Shown here: piece after piece, positions 22,637-34,436 of the stretch
Numbering within the stretch: the first letter of the stretch is position 1
Layout: the number at the start of each line of letters is the position of its first letter
Source: Cladosporium halotolerans
Lineage: Eukaryota
NCBI RefSeq assembly: GCF_011745625.1
Contig: NW_027191483.1
Span: 1 to 64,000 of the forward strand
Direction: 5' to 3'
DNA: 64,000 nucleotides
Program-made: the position numbers and the translations under genes
The notes under the pieces: model-generated
What the model saw: the letters and a program-made list of their open reading frames with translations, nothing else
Told to the model about the DNA's origin: nothing
Databases searched by the model: none

Positions 22637-23275
22637 TTAGATTGGGGTAGCCGATGCATTATCATCGATGCTGCGGGTGGAAGACTTGGCTTTCTTGCCT
22701 TTCTGACCCTTTGTCTTTGTTGAGGAGGGTGTTGAGGTAGTGGTGGGCGGAGCCAGAGCAGTCTCGATCGTGATCGTGATGGTTTGGCTGGGCGTGATAG
22801 TCTCCGTCGCGATCGTGGTGATGGTCAGTGTCGTGGTATCATCCGAGCCGGTTATAGGAGATGAGCGACTGTCATCTCCGCCCCTCCTGGGATTATCTTC
22901 CACACCAGTAGGCGAGGCAACGTTGGCAGTGATGGTAGACGAGGAAGACTTGCTGGCGTCGTCCTTGCCCTTGTCAGGCTGAGCATAACGTCGAGCGAGC
23001 CCAGTCCCGGAGGGCATGATTCCAATGGTGCCAGTGCCGAATACTGTGCCTGTGGCAAAGCCCGTGGCAAATCCTGCGTCTGTGGGATCTCCAGTAGGGT
23101 ATGGAGCGCTGGTAGAGCAGTCTTTGTCTAATCGCCCAGGCTTGTGCGGCAGACGGGCCTTGTCGCCGTCGTGGCCATGTTTGGTCTTGTCGCCCACCTT
23201 ATCTTTGGGCAAAGCTAGGGCAGAAGCGAGAGCGAAACAGGCCGTCGCTGCGGTGAGAATGCTCTTTCCAACCAT
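22637..23275 (-). CDS. Secreted Ser/Thr-rich protein (212 aa) with (P/A)TG repeats and RR sites
   Basis: ATG 23275 begins a signal peptide (MVGKSILTAATACFALASALA/LP). PYPTG..FATGFATG..GTG..MPSGT block; LARR and NPRR dibasic sites; Thr-rich tract. TATAAG lies ~150 bp upstream. Confidence 0.78.
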   Translation of the reverse strand: MVGKSILTAATACFALASALALPKDKVGDKTKHGHDGDKARLPHKPGRLDKDCSTSAPYPTGDPTDAGFATGFATGTVFGTGTIGIMPSGTGLARRYAQPDKGKDDASKSSSSTITANVASPTGVEDNPRRGGDDSRSSPITGSDDTTTLTITTIATETITPSQTITITIETALAPPTTTSTPSSTKTKGQKGKKAKSSTRSIDDNASATPI

Positions 23276-26200
23276 GTTGGAAAGTGTGAGCGGAAGCGGG
23301 AGAAATAAGAGACAGTTGAGAAGCGAGCGTAGAGAAACAAACAAGCTGAAGCGAGCGTGGATGGGTGTGAGTGCTTGATGCTGTCGGGGAGTTTGCTGAG
23401 TTGCCGGAATCCTGAATGTCTTATATGCTGCTTTGAGCTCCCGTCGGACAGCATCACTCAGGTCCCGACTTCAGTGTCTTAGAGTTTGAGCCGCCCAAGT
23501 ACCACGTGGTTCTCGAAACTTACCACCGTCCGCTCTGTTGGAAGTCTGAAGAACGCCACACCCACGGAGAGTCCCAGACGGTTCCGCACATGGCGAGAAA
23601 TCTAGAATTCCCAAGAGGGTAACGGCTAGAATGGCGCTTAGGTCTTTGACGAATCGAGCATTCTAATCGAAAGTGGAGACGGCGACTCACCAACAAGGAA
23701 AGCTCACTCGGCGAACGATGGAGGATAGAGGACACATGAAGACGATTGAAGAGACTTTGAAACAGAGCCGATCGCACCTTTGAATGAAGGTGAGAACCTG
23801 ATGACGCGAGTTCGGCGCGTCGATTTTGCGTACTGTTGCGTTACCCAGCCGTTGTTGACAGCCGACTGTCGTGAATCCTCTCTACGTCTCCCAATAGAGA
23901 CCTTACTCACAGAACGTTCGAGGTAGAGGTTTTGGTATAGCGCCACTCAGATGGCTAGAACTTTGCGGTAGAAGCAATGTACGAGCGCAAGAAGCGAACA
24001 TCGAACGCTTGTTACAGGCTTTTCGAACGCCACAAGCTTTGCGAGCACATGCCGCAGCGAAATCAACTCTGATGTCGAACGATGTCTCCGCAAACACGGT
24101 GGTCGAGACTTCGAGTCGCCCTGATGTGCAGTAAAGTTTAACACTAGGGTGGATCTAGTCGTGCGCGACGAGCCGGATCGCCTGAAGAGGCAATCAACTC
24201 TTCTGGCATTGGGAGGTATTCTCCGACGGCAATACTTGAACTGAGGCAATGTTCCGGATCCATCATCCCGGTGAATAATCCGTACCTCCGCCGTACCCAT
24301 TCCCGTGTTTCAGAGCGGCACGATGCGATGGGGCCGTGGCGCAAGAAAAGGCTGGCCTCGAAGAACGTGGGCAAAACGTGGGGAAATCCCGACCCAGTGG
24401 ATCGCCCTGAGACCGTTCTTTTGCGAACCACACTCCGCCTTCACACTCGCCTGGATAAACTCTCCGTGTCCATGTTTCTCGAGTGCCGACCCAGCACCTG
24501 GGATTTGAGATGCGATGCAATACATCGCAAGGCGACCCATGTCTCACCCCGCCACGCAGGGCCTCCAGATGCTTTACCGTAGCTGTACCCTGACTATACA
24601 CGGCACGGTGACTCGACCGCAGGTGGCTCGCTTGAGGCCTTGTCCACACGTCATGAGCTGCAGTCCGCAGAGAGACTAGACACATGTGAGTAGTCCGAAC
24701 ATTCTGCTTGACCATTCGCCCAGAAGCGAAATCTGGAATCTCTGCGGGGACTAATGGCCAGGTCTTACAGCCACCTTAGCACCTTGGCGTCTCACGTCAA
24801 GCTCACCCAGGGACCCGTCTTAAGATCTTCCAGATGTGCGCCTCCAAGGCGGCGGGGAGGTTCCCGGCCGTCTGAAACATCTTCTGGGTTGACGATTCGC
24901 GCAGGCGCACGTGGTCGCCATGGATAGGGCGTCTGCCTTGTGCCATCGGCGTTCGCCAGCGGCATGATGCGAGAGGGGCCTCACGCATTGTGCACTTGTC
25001 CTGGAGATCCACGCGTTAAGCCTCTGAGGAGACTGCGGCGCAATCTTCTGGCGGTTGACTGCATCTGTGTCAAGCATTTGTCGGCATTTGGTGCTCCCGT
25101 TTTCCGGTCGCGAGCATTCTCTGCAATAATGACATGGGGCGTGACGGCTGCGTCTTGCAAGCCGTGAATACTGTTTGCGTCTGGCTGGAGGGCGGAGGGG
25201 TTGTCAGGAGTCCGATTTCTTGCACGGCACGCTGTCAAGAGTCAGACAACATGGCTGGTCTTTTAGAGCGTCTCGATGACCAGGCGCTGCTCCCAAACTT
25301 TCTATTGGTCTGATCTGCCGCTCTGCAATGGTTAAATCCGCAGTCGTGACTTAACCATGGCTCTGCATTAGCCACATCAGGCAGTGAAGATCGGTGATAG
25401 TGGTCCACGTTCTCCGTGTCTCAGCCGCGTACCATGCTCAGGTTTCTCAGGATGTGAGCAGGCTATGGCGCCATAAAGAAAGCCTCTTTAACCGCGAAGA
25501 CCTGAGGCGCACGCCTCAAGACGTGTTAACACCCACAAACGCCGCTGCCAAGATGGCTGGACCATGTGCGCCTGATCTGCTTCATCCGTTAGTTATGGCT
25601 GGAAGGCGTACATTACGCGGCGATAAGCAAGAGCGAAATGACTGCCAGAAGTTCTGTGCGCATCTCATCGCTATGGCTGCTCCAGCATTACGCAGTGAAC
25701 GCAGCCGGCAAGGTAATACTCTTGGGCCATCAAGGTATAAAAGTCACGTGACGAATAATCGGTGCCCTCAATGCTGCGGAGCGTGCAAAAATCTGTAGTT
25801 TCAGCATGATCAGCAATGGATCTCTGCCAGACTCATGGCAGTCATGGCTTGATCACGACGTATAGCCCTGTAGAGTGCGTCCACCTGTTCGGTGGGTCGG
25901 AAAGAAAAATAGAAGGCAAAGCAGGAGAAAGCAGCAAGATTGACCTGAGCCCCGAGGCCCGAAAGGCAGGACTCAGGTACAGCGGTATTCACAAACGCAG
26001 CCAGAAAGCTGGAGCGATATGGCTTCGAGAATAACGAGTCGTTGCCATGTGATGATTTCTGACACTTGTGAAAGGGAAGCGAGTGGCGGACGCTGGTGTG
26101 TGCCGCGAGACGAACTTGCACTGTGTTGCAAATCTCCCGAGAGCCGCTGTCCGCACACGCGAGTGGCCTCGCACGATCCGATCGTTATGTACTTTGAAAC

Positions 26201-26833
26201 CAATAGACATCCTTCACCAACGTTTCACGCAGCCATCATTTCAGACAGGTCTAAGGCACAACAAGCCCGCTGAACATTGACCTTTAGCTCATGCCCGCAC
26301 CTTGCGACCTGGGTGCGGCTAACAGCTGGGCGGAGGGACAGGCTTGGGGTTCAGGCAAAGGCGTAGGTATGATCGCTAACGCACTCCGACAAACGGTTGC
26401 AAGTTCAATTCGCAGTCGCCGAGAACCAAACGATAGGTCTTCCGGCGTGGCAGAGGCGCAGCCTTGCACCTATAAGACCGAGATAACAGTAAGGTCCTGT
26501 AGGTCTGCCTTAGCATCGTCAGCTGATCGTTCGATGAGGTCGAAGGCAACCTGCGAGATTTGTCTTTTGATTGAACTTTACTAATCCAATTAGGAAAGAG
26601 TCATCTGCTTCGTTACAAGCGACCAGATCCCACCACTAGACTGTCCAAAGTCGCTGCGCCTTTATTGTTGCAGTGCCGCCCCGGTCTAAGCCCCAAATCC
26701 TTCAGCTCCGTGCCTGTCCCCGTGATGTTCGCGTCAGCCTCCTTTATAATATGTACCCTGGCATCAACAAAGTTTCTCCAAGGAAGCGTCTGAAGTTATC
26801 GAAAAGTCTCAATTACGGCAACGCTGCGCCCTG

Positions 26834-28391
26834 ATGACCGAATTCACTGACAAAGAATTCATCGAACGCGTGAGAGCAGCTGCGGTCACCTGCGGAAGCC
26901 TAGAAAATCTGCCATCACCTCATCAAACTTACACAGGAAGTCCGATCGCCTCTTGGTTCAACGGCACTTCCAAGGAAATCCTCGATATCGAGCAGGTCCT
27001 CGCCCAAGCTCAACGGGACGAAGAAAGTGCGAGGCGGGCAGTCTGCGTCGTTGAGAACATCGACTGGCGCTGGATATGCGCAATCGGAAACGCATGGGCT
27101 GTTGAGCCTATATTCTTCGCCGAACATGGCGTCAGTCCACAAGGCGAAGACGCGTGGTCGACTTTGTTTCCCAAGCACCGCGATATAGCCATTAAGAAGG
27201 GTCCTTCCAAGCACAAGTATGTCGACGGCGTGTTTGAGCACCATCACCTGGCCAATGACCCAGCAGCATACGACAAGCTGAGCCGTGAGCTTGCGTCCTC
27301 CTCCTACCAACGCAGATGTTGGATACCACCATTTCGCTACTCGCCGTCCTGCTGCACGCGCCTGTCATATTGTCGCGTCAACGCCAATTTGTGTATGTGG
27401 ACAACCAAAAGACTGATTTCCAGCATGATAAGCTAACAGATGCAGACCTTTTTCTCGTCGATCCACCTCCACAGCTCTCACATCATGACGTACATTTCTA
27501 TACAATGAAGACAACACCTAGCATGCAATTGACCCGCATGAAGACGACATTGCGCGTTCAATGTGCTACAAGCCGTGGCGGTATCACGCTCCCTCAAGTA
27601 CTGAAGCGACGTGTGTACAGCTTCCGTCAGACCATGTACGACGTGTTCAAGCACAGCTGGCACCTCAATGTCCTGTTCGACCAAGGTCTTGTTCGAGAAC
27701 TGGCTATCAACCGTGGCGAACTGCTCCATCTCATGGCTGCATCTTTGCACCAGACAAATCTTAAAGCCATCGACCGAGAAATCAAAACTGTCAGTTTCCA
27801 GGAGCTCCGACGCCCCGACATGGCCACGAACGCAAAACTGCTAGACCTTCGGGAAGTCCTCTCAGAGCTTGCTACAGGAACGGCGGAGACAAGCAGATAC
27901 GTTCCGAGACACGTGAAGCTGTTCTACGAAACTCTCTACGATCGCCAATCCGGCCTCAAAGATCATCTTGGCGTTCAGTCCCCGGTCGAGAAGTTGGCTG
28001 CCATCAAGCAAGAGGCCAGCGAACTCGAGAGATTCCTCATGGATAGTTTCCAGCTCTTGATGAGTTCTCTGAGCGCCATGGAGACGCAGACAGGAGCCGA
28101 GCGAACGCGAATCAGTATGGAGCAAGCGGCGCGGACTGCAAGGCTGACGCAGCTGGCCTTCATCTACGTCCCACTCACCTTCGTGACCGGCATATTCGGC
28201 ATGAACATCAAGGAAATAGCGAACCAGAACCTTCCGTCTGGGTATGTTTCGTGACATTGGTTATAGTGGCCGCTGCGACTGCGGTGACTTTTGGTTGGTA
28301 TGAGCTCTTAAACATGATGAAGCAACGACAGAGCTCGAGCGTTCAACACAAGACGAGAAAAATACATCAGCCCGTGCGTGGGAAACGCTGA
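26834..28391 (+). CDS. Fungal CorA-like membrane protein (exons 26834-27392, 27446-~28391) with an apparent frameshift after the GMN motif
   Basis: VVENID..WI..IG.AW.VEPIFFAEH, TRLSYCRV, YLFLVDP after intron GTATGT(27393)...CTAAC...GCAG(27445); LTQLAFIYVPLTFVTGIFGMNIKEI (CorA TM1 + GMN). TM2 (PSVWVCFVTLVIVAAATAVTFGW) is in the -1 frame. Confidence 0.78.
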
Positions 28392-28908
28392 TGAGGAGAA
28401 GGCAGTTAATGAGACGGCCCTTGACCCAGTCGGGCCGGTGGCACATGGGGTTTCCTGGCCACGTTAATCGCATCAGGTCTTCATCTTTGTCCAGATTTGT
28501 TCTATGTTTTCGTATCTTCGTGAGATTGAGTGACCTTGCTTCGAACCACAATACTGTTGTCTGTCTCTCGAAGCGGAGTGTCTTTCTGTGGAAATGTCGT
28601 CGGATTTTGCTGTGTGCATGTGTCGCCGCCAGTTGCATTCCGACTTCACAGGTTGTCGACCCGCAGTGCAGTTTACGTGACGGATTTGCCATCTAGTCCC
28701 AGAGAAGACAATGTTAAATTGATACACAACGTGGTTATGCTGCTGGAGATTAAAGCCGCAAGGAAGTCGAGGGTCGCGCTAGCAACCGATGTTTGTTTTG
28801 CCGCCAAGCACTGGAGTCAACAACCAGACTTTCAAGTCAGCGCGACAGTGCAGTCTCGTCTTTGCGACGACCAGCGACCAACGATACCCCTCACGAACTC
28901 ACGACAAA

Positions 28909-31900
28909 ATGGCTGGATCCGGCGACCTTATCGACTTCAATGTCATCGAAGGTCACAAGGAAAACATCCAGGCTTTGCCCAGCGGCCGCTCCGCGAAAGC
29001 ACTCGCGCAACTGTACTCCCCACCGCTCCTTGGGGCTAACCCCTCACCCTCATTAATCCAAGACGCAAACTCGAAAGAACGCCAGGCCTTCGAGAAAGAG
29101 CTTGGGCAAATTGACGAAGCCGACGACCCGCTGGATGTTTACGACCGCTACGTGAAATGGACTCTCGACGCATACCCTACGGCGCAAGCGACGCCGCAAT
29201 CAGGCCTGCTGCCCCTGCTTGAGCGCGCAACAAAGACGTTCCAGTCGTCGACACATTACAAGAATGACCCTAGATATCTCAAGATCTGGCTACATTACAT
29301 CAGACTCTTCTCAGATGCGCCTCGCGAAGTCTTCATCTTCCTGTCGCGCAACAACATCGGCGAGTCCCTCGCGCTTTACTACGAGGAATTCGCAGCATGG
29401 TTGGAGAACGCTGGAAGATGGAATCAGGCGGAAGAGGTGTATAAGATGGGGATGGAGAAGGAAGCCAGGCCAGTGGAGCGCCTGATCCGCAAATTCGGCG
29501 AGTTCGAGCGAAGAAAAGAGGCCAGACCAGAGGACTCGAACGAGCCCTCGAGTCCTGCTCTTCCCACAGTAAGGCCAGCTTTGGCCGCGAAGACCGACCC
29601 CTTCGCTTCTGCATCTCCGGCGCAGCCACAGCAAGCGAAGTCGACTGCCCCTAAGAAGGGCAAGTCGTCCAAGATGCAGATTTTCGCCGACGGAGACGAC
29701 TCAGACAGGCCTAGTTCGGGCGCCAGCTCAAGAGGCTGGGACAACATTGGCTCTCTCGCCGAGCGCAAGAAGGAGAACACGCACGCGGCAAAGCCGATGG
29801 CGGGCGAGAAGCTGAAAGTCGGCAAGACCAACGGTGGTATGCAGAAGATGATGGTGTTTAAGGATGCAGTAAGTTGAACCTCCCCATCGCCGCACCTAGC
29901 GCGCATTTTATTTACAAACGCAGGACTAAGTTATCCCTCGTGTATGCAGTCATCAAAGAAATCGTTCCTACCCAAACATCTTGCAAAATCCACTACCGGT
30001 GAGATTGACAACTATCAATGCGTGAAGAATCCAAAGAACGGAAGACTCGAATGTGTGTTTGTGAACTTGGAGGCCGTATATCCCAGAGGATCGTCGTCTG
30101 AATATTCGTTTGAAGAGCTGCGAGCGAAACACAGGGGATGGACGGACAAGCAATGGTCGAGACAACGGGAAGAGACAGCACATAAATCGCAGCCCGAAGC
30201 GGCTCTCGACGTTGCGCTTGACAACGATTTAGAACAAAACGAGCCATCCGAGGCTCCCAGCAAAGGCTTTAAGATTCATCGAGACGAGCCCGAGCCTGAA
30301 CCCGCGCCTAAGCAAAAGCAACGCGGCTTCAAGATTTTCGAAGATACTCCCACGGATGCTGGACCATCTGAGAAGTCACCACAGCAAGACGAGGTTTTCG
30401 TCGAAACATCATCCAAGACGCTTGCGCTGAATGACGAGAACGACGAAAACGCACCGCCATCTCAGCCGTCGGAAGCCGAGATCCGAAAGAAGATGCGACG
30501 AGAGGAGCGTGCAAACAGGACCCGGAAGATCCAGGTTATGGACGTCAAGCACATCAAGGGTGAGACGAAGACCATTCAACTCAACCTCGATTCACCGACA
30601 GGTCAGAAGCCCAAGCGGAAGAAGAATACCGACAAGGCCGAGCCGACTATGACAATCAACACGAAGGAGGCCATGGACGAGATTTATGGCATCTTCAACG
30701 CTCCTTTGCCTTCGCAAGGTAGCCAGTCGGAGAGTGAGTCAGAATCTTCCGATGACGACGACGAAGATGACTATACCACGGGCGACGAAAGCACGGCTAC
30801 TGGCAAGCTCTCTGCTGCACACAGCGACTACGGAGACGAGACACGTAACGAGCTGCTTTCGCAGGCCCAAGCAGACGAGCCGGAAGACGATCGTACTGAG
30901 AACACTGGATGGTCTGATTTCACCACTAGCAAGCATGTGCCGAAGGAAGCCGAAGACCGCGACGACACAGCTGGATCTACAGCAGGCTTGGATTGGGAGC
31001 CACAGCAGGAAGACAAGAATCAGCCTGAGCTTCCTGACGAAGAGATGATCACGCCTGAAGAGGAGAACGTCCAGACACGAAGCATTCCTATCGCCTCGGA
31101 AGACTATGAGCCGCCTTCAGCTCAATTCCAGCAGATGTCGATGTTACCGAATCATCGCCTTCCGTTCATGACACCAATTGCAGAGCAGACAGAGTCGTCT
31201 TTGGGCACCATCACCGCAAGAGCTCAGAAAGATTACTTCAATGCGAAGACGCCTAGTAGGCAGGCTTCGGGTGCGGTTCCAGAGTCTGATGACGAAGACG
31301 ACGAGCCTCCCAGCAGCCCTTTCCAGGAGGTGACTGTTGACCTGGCCGATGACAAGTTCAAAGTTCTGCAGCCCATTCGTACCAAGTCGACGAAGGGCAA
31401 CATCTCGCTCGGAAAGGGAACAGCAGTTGCTCAGACCGAGGCGAAGACGGCAGAGCCATCTGCACAGGACGCCGTACAAAAGGGCCCGATTGTGCTGGAG
31501 CAGCAGTGCAATCCTATGGATCCGAATTTGCGCCAGACAATCTTGAGCCAGATGAAGCCGTCCCTGTCTACATTTGAGGGCTATCATGAGCACTCGGGTG
31601 TTGCATCTGGCCGAACATCTGAAATCAAGAAGTATATCAAGACTCTGTCGAAGACAGGCAAGAACAGCATGAATCCTGAAAAGACAGGACAGACTCTTGG
31701 ACTGCCTCCAATGCTCCAATTTGAAGGCTCGAACGCGACTTACACTATTCAAAGGGAGCTCGGCGCAGGTACCTTTGCGCCCGTATACCTCGTTGAAAAT
31801 AGCGAAGTCGTTCAGGCAATGAAGGAGGAAAACGAGGAGAACAGCCCTGCCGCTCGTGGTGTCGGCAAGCTTGCCCATCGAAAGCCATTCGAAGCCATCA

Positions 31901-32811
31901 AGATGGAGGAGCCGCTGTCCGCCTGGGAGTTCTTCATCCTACAGCAGTCACACCGCCGTCTCGGTGTCTCTCGCGCCGCAGAGAGCATCGTCCGCGCGCA
32001 CGAAATGCACATGTTCCGCGACGAGTGCTTCCTCATTGAAGAGTACCGCAATCAAGGCACCCTGCTGGACCTCGTCAACATCGCCCGCGCTGACACCGCC
32101 AACTCCTCCGGCGGCGGCATGGACGAAGTGATGGCAATGTGGCTGACCGTCGAGCTCTTCCGCACCGTCGAAGCCCTGCACGCCAAGCAGATCATCCACG
32201 GCGACCTGAAGGGCGACAACGTGCTCGTCCGCTTCGACGACCCTGGCATGGAAACGGACTGGAACTCGACCTACTTCCCCAGCGGCGCGCACGGCTGGGC
32301 CAGCAAGGGCATCTGCCTCATCGACTTCGGCCGCGGCATCGACATGAAGCACTTCGTGCCGAATGTTGCCTTCATCGCGGACTGGAAGACGACGGAGGCG
32401 GATTGCGCGGAGATGCGCGAGCTGCGCCCTTGGACTTACCAGGTCGACTACCACGGCATGGCGGGCATCGTGCACAGCATGCTGTTCGGCAAATACATGG
32501 AGACGATCGCGGACCGCGGCGCCTCGCTTGGCCAGGGCGCGACGAAGACGTATCGCATTCGCGAGAACCTCAAGCGGTACTGGCAGGTGGAGATTTGGCA
32601 GGAGGTGTTTTCGTTGCTGCTAAATCCTCTCATGCACCTGGCTGGCGAGGAGGGAAAGAAGATGCCAGTGCTCAATGGTATGAGGGGTCTGAGGTTGAAG
32701 ATGGAGGGCTGGCTGGAGGAGAACTGTGAGAGAGGTATGGGCCTCAAGGGCATGATCGGAAGGATGGAAGCTATCACTAGGGAAAAGAGGAAACGCGGTG
32801 GGAGAGCCTGA
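28909..32811 (+). CDS. BUB1: Checkpoint serine/threonine kinase Bub1/Mad3 (MadBub, SldA-like; exons 28909-29868, 29950-32811)
   Basis: N-terminal KEN box (HKENIQALPSGRSA), TPR domain (DDPLDVYDRYVKW, YKNDPRYLKIW), GLEBS (EYSFEELRA), PTMTINTKEAMDEIYGIF conserved motif, kinase domain (ELGAGTFAPVY, IIHGDLKGDN, LIDFGRGID). Intron GTAAGT(29869)...GCAG(29949). Confidence 0.96.
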
Positions 32812-33140
32812 TCCGCGTGGTTGAAGGGCATTTCGTACAGTCTGACTCTTGGAAGATTTGATGGCGTTCTGGATTGTTTATAATGGTAATACCCACTACG
32901 GACTCAGGTTGACGGAGGTAGTCAATTTCACAACTTAACAATGCATACCTTTAGTGCAACGCCTGTGATGCAAGCCAGCCCCACTTCTGCGATCCATGTC
33001 GATGTCACTCAGCTTCGAATCTAGACCGGATCATCCTCAACAACTGTCGATTGCCATAGATTTGAATTCAGGACCAGACAAAAGCAGACCAGCGAGGTTT
33101 TCCTTCACGAAGGCTCTTTAATCACAAAATAAGCAAGACA

Positions 33141-34049
33141 ATGCCTACCACTATTCGCATCGCCCTGGACTGGACGCCCAACACAATCCACACCGGACTC
33201 TTCCTCGCAAAAGCACAGGGGCTCTACGAAGCAGCCGGTCTCGACGTGCAGCTGCTGGCCCCAGATGCCTCTTACACCAAGACACCAGCCAAACGGGTCG
33301 AAGCCGGCGAAGTAGACCTCGCCATCTGCCCTTCGGAGTCATGCATCGCGTACGCCGAGAACGGCAAGATGCAATTGCAAGCGATCTATGCCGTTCTCCA
33401 GCGTGATGCTTCCGCGATTGTTTCTACTAAACTTAGCCGCGCTGCTGAGCTGGGTGAGGGCAAGGTCTATGGGAGCTACAATGCTAGATATGAGGATGCG
33501 ATCGTGAAGGAAATGGTGGCGAGAGATGGTGGTAAAGGAGACGGCGTCAAGATTGAAAGACAGCAAGGGAAGCTGAGCTTGTTTGATGCCGTTAAGCAGG
33601 GTGATGTTGATGCCACATGGGTGTTTGTGCCGTGGGAGGGCGTTGAGGCGGAGCTGGAGGGCACGCAGGCGAAGTACTTCCGCTTGGAAGACTACCAGAT
33701 TCCGTACGGCTATTCACCTGTCATTGCGAGAAAGGCTGGCCCTGGCGGTTTGGATGAGAAGGCCCTGACAGCTTTCGTAACCGCGACACGAAAGGCTTAT
33801 GCTTTGGCCGCTAAGGACGTGGATGCTGCCGTGCAAGCATTGAGGCCACATTGCCACCCTGAAAGGTCGGAGGAGTTCTTGAAGAAGAGCCAGTCAAGCA
33901 TCAACGAGTACTATGGTGATGGAGATCAGATTGGTGCCATGAGCGAGCAGAAGTGGAAGACCTGGATTGGTTGGCTAGAGGAGCAAAAGATGCTGGCAAA
34001 GGGAACCGTTGAGACAACGGATCTCTTTACAAACGAGTTCCACGCCTGA
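33141..34049 (+). CDS. NMT1/THI5-like (periplasmic-binding-protein fold) protein, bacterial type
   Basis: Intronless 302 aa starting IRIALDWTPNTIHTGLFLAKAQGLY..AGLDV, with SYNARYEDAIV, DATWVFVPWEG, IPYGYSPVI. Lacks the KAMIH and CCCxC motifs of fungal Thi5. Confidence 0.85.
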   Translation: MPTTIRIALDWTPNTIHTGLFLAKAQGLYEAAGLDVQLLAPDASYTKTPAKRVEAGEVDLAICPSESCIAYAENGKMQLQAIYAVLQRDASAIVSTKLSRAAELGEGKVYGSYNARYEDAIVKEMVARDGGKGDGVKIERQQGKLSLFDAVKQGDVDATWVFVPWEGVEAELEGTQAKYFRLEDYQIPYGYSPVIARKAGPGGLDEKALTAFVTATRKAYALAAKDVDAAVQALRPHCHPERSEEFLKKSQSSINEYYGDGDQIGAMSEQKWKTWIGWLEEQKMLAKGTVETTDLFTNEFHA

Positions 34050-34211
34050 GCCATTGATATCCGGGCTTTCTATGATCAATCGAAAATCGTCTTCCCAGTT
34101 TACCAAGGGTATTTCTTACGTTCTTCTTCTTCCAAGACTCCCCAGCGGGCCAAGGTCTCCACATCGGGCGAGTGCCCCATCGGCTCTCCCGCTTCTCCAA
34201 CCTCTCTGCCC

Positions 34212-34235
34212 CCGCTCACTCCGCTCACTCCGCTC
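34212..34235. repeat. Short tandem repeat (CCGCTCACT)x2.7 in the GH43 promoter
   Basis: ccgctcact ccgctcact ccgctc read directly; ~200 bp upstream of ATG 34437 and ~110 bp upstream of TATAAG. Confidence 0.7.
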
Positions 34236-34436
34236 TTGTCACCTCCCACGCGTGCCACGAGAGCCGCAAGGGCGGCCGTCGCACGGACAATGCATTGTGA
34301 GTGCAGATCGTGACGATCTGCTTGGGTGGTTGGCGTACCTGATATAAGTGTCCCTTCTTCCCGCCTTTCCTTCAGTCTGGTCAGATTCCGTCTTATTGCA
34401 GTTCTGGTTCGGTGTCCATCCTGTCCCTCCGTAATC

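Noticed and set aside
20105..23275. Dikaritin-type RiPP cluster around the secreted repeat proteins
   Set aside because: No DUF3328/UstYa oxidase, tyrosinase or other tailoring genes nearby, and no near-identical core-peptide repeats.
32812..33140. TPP riboswitch upstream of the NMT1/THI5-like gene
   Set aside because: The conserved CTGAGA and GATCTGGATAATACCAGCG-type aptamer segments and a 5' intron were not found.
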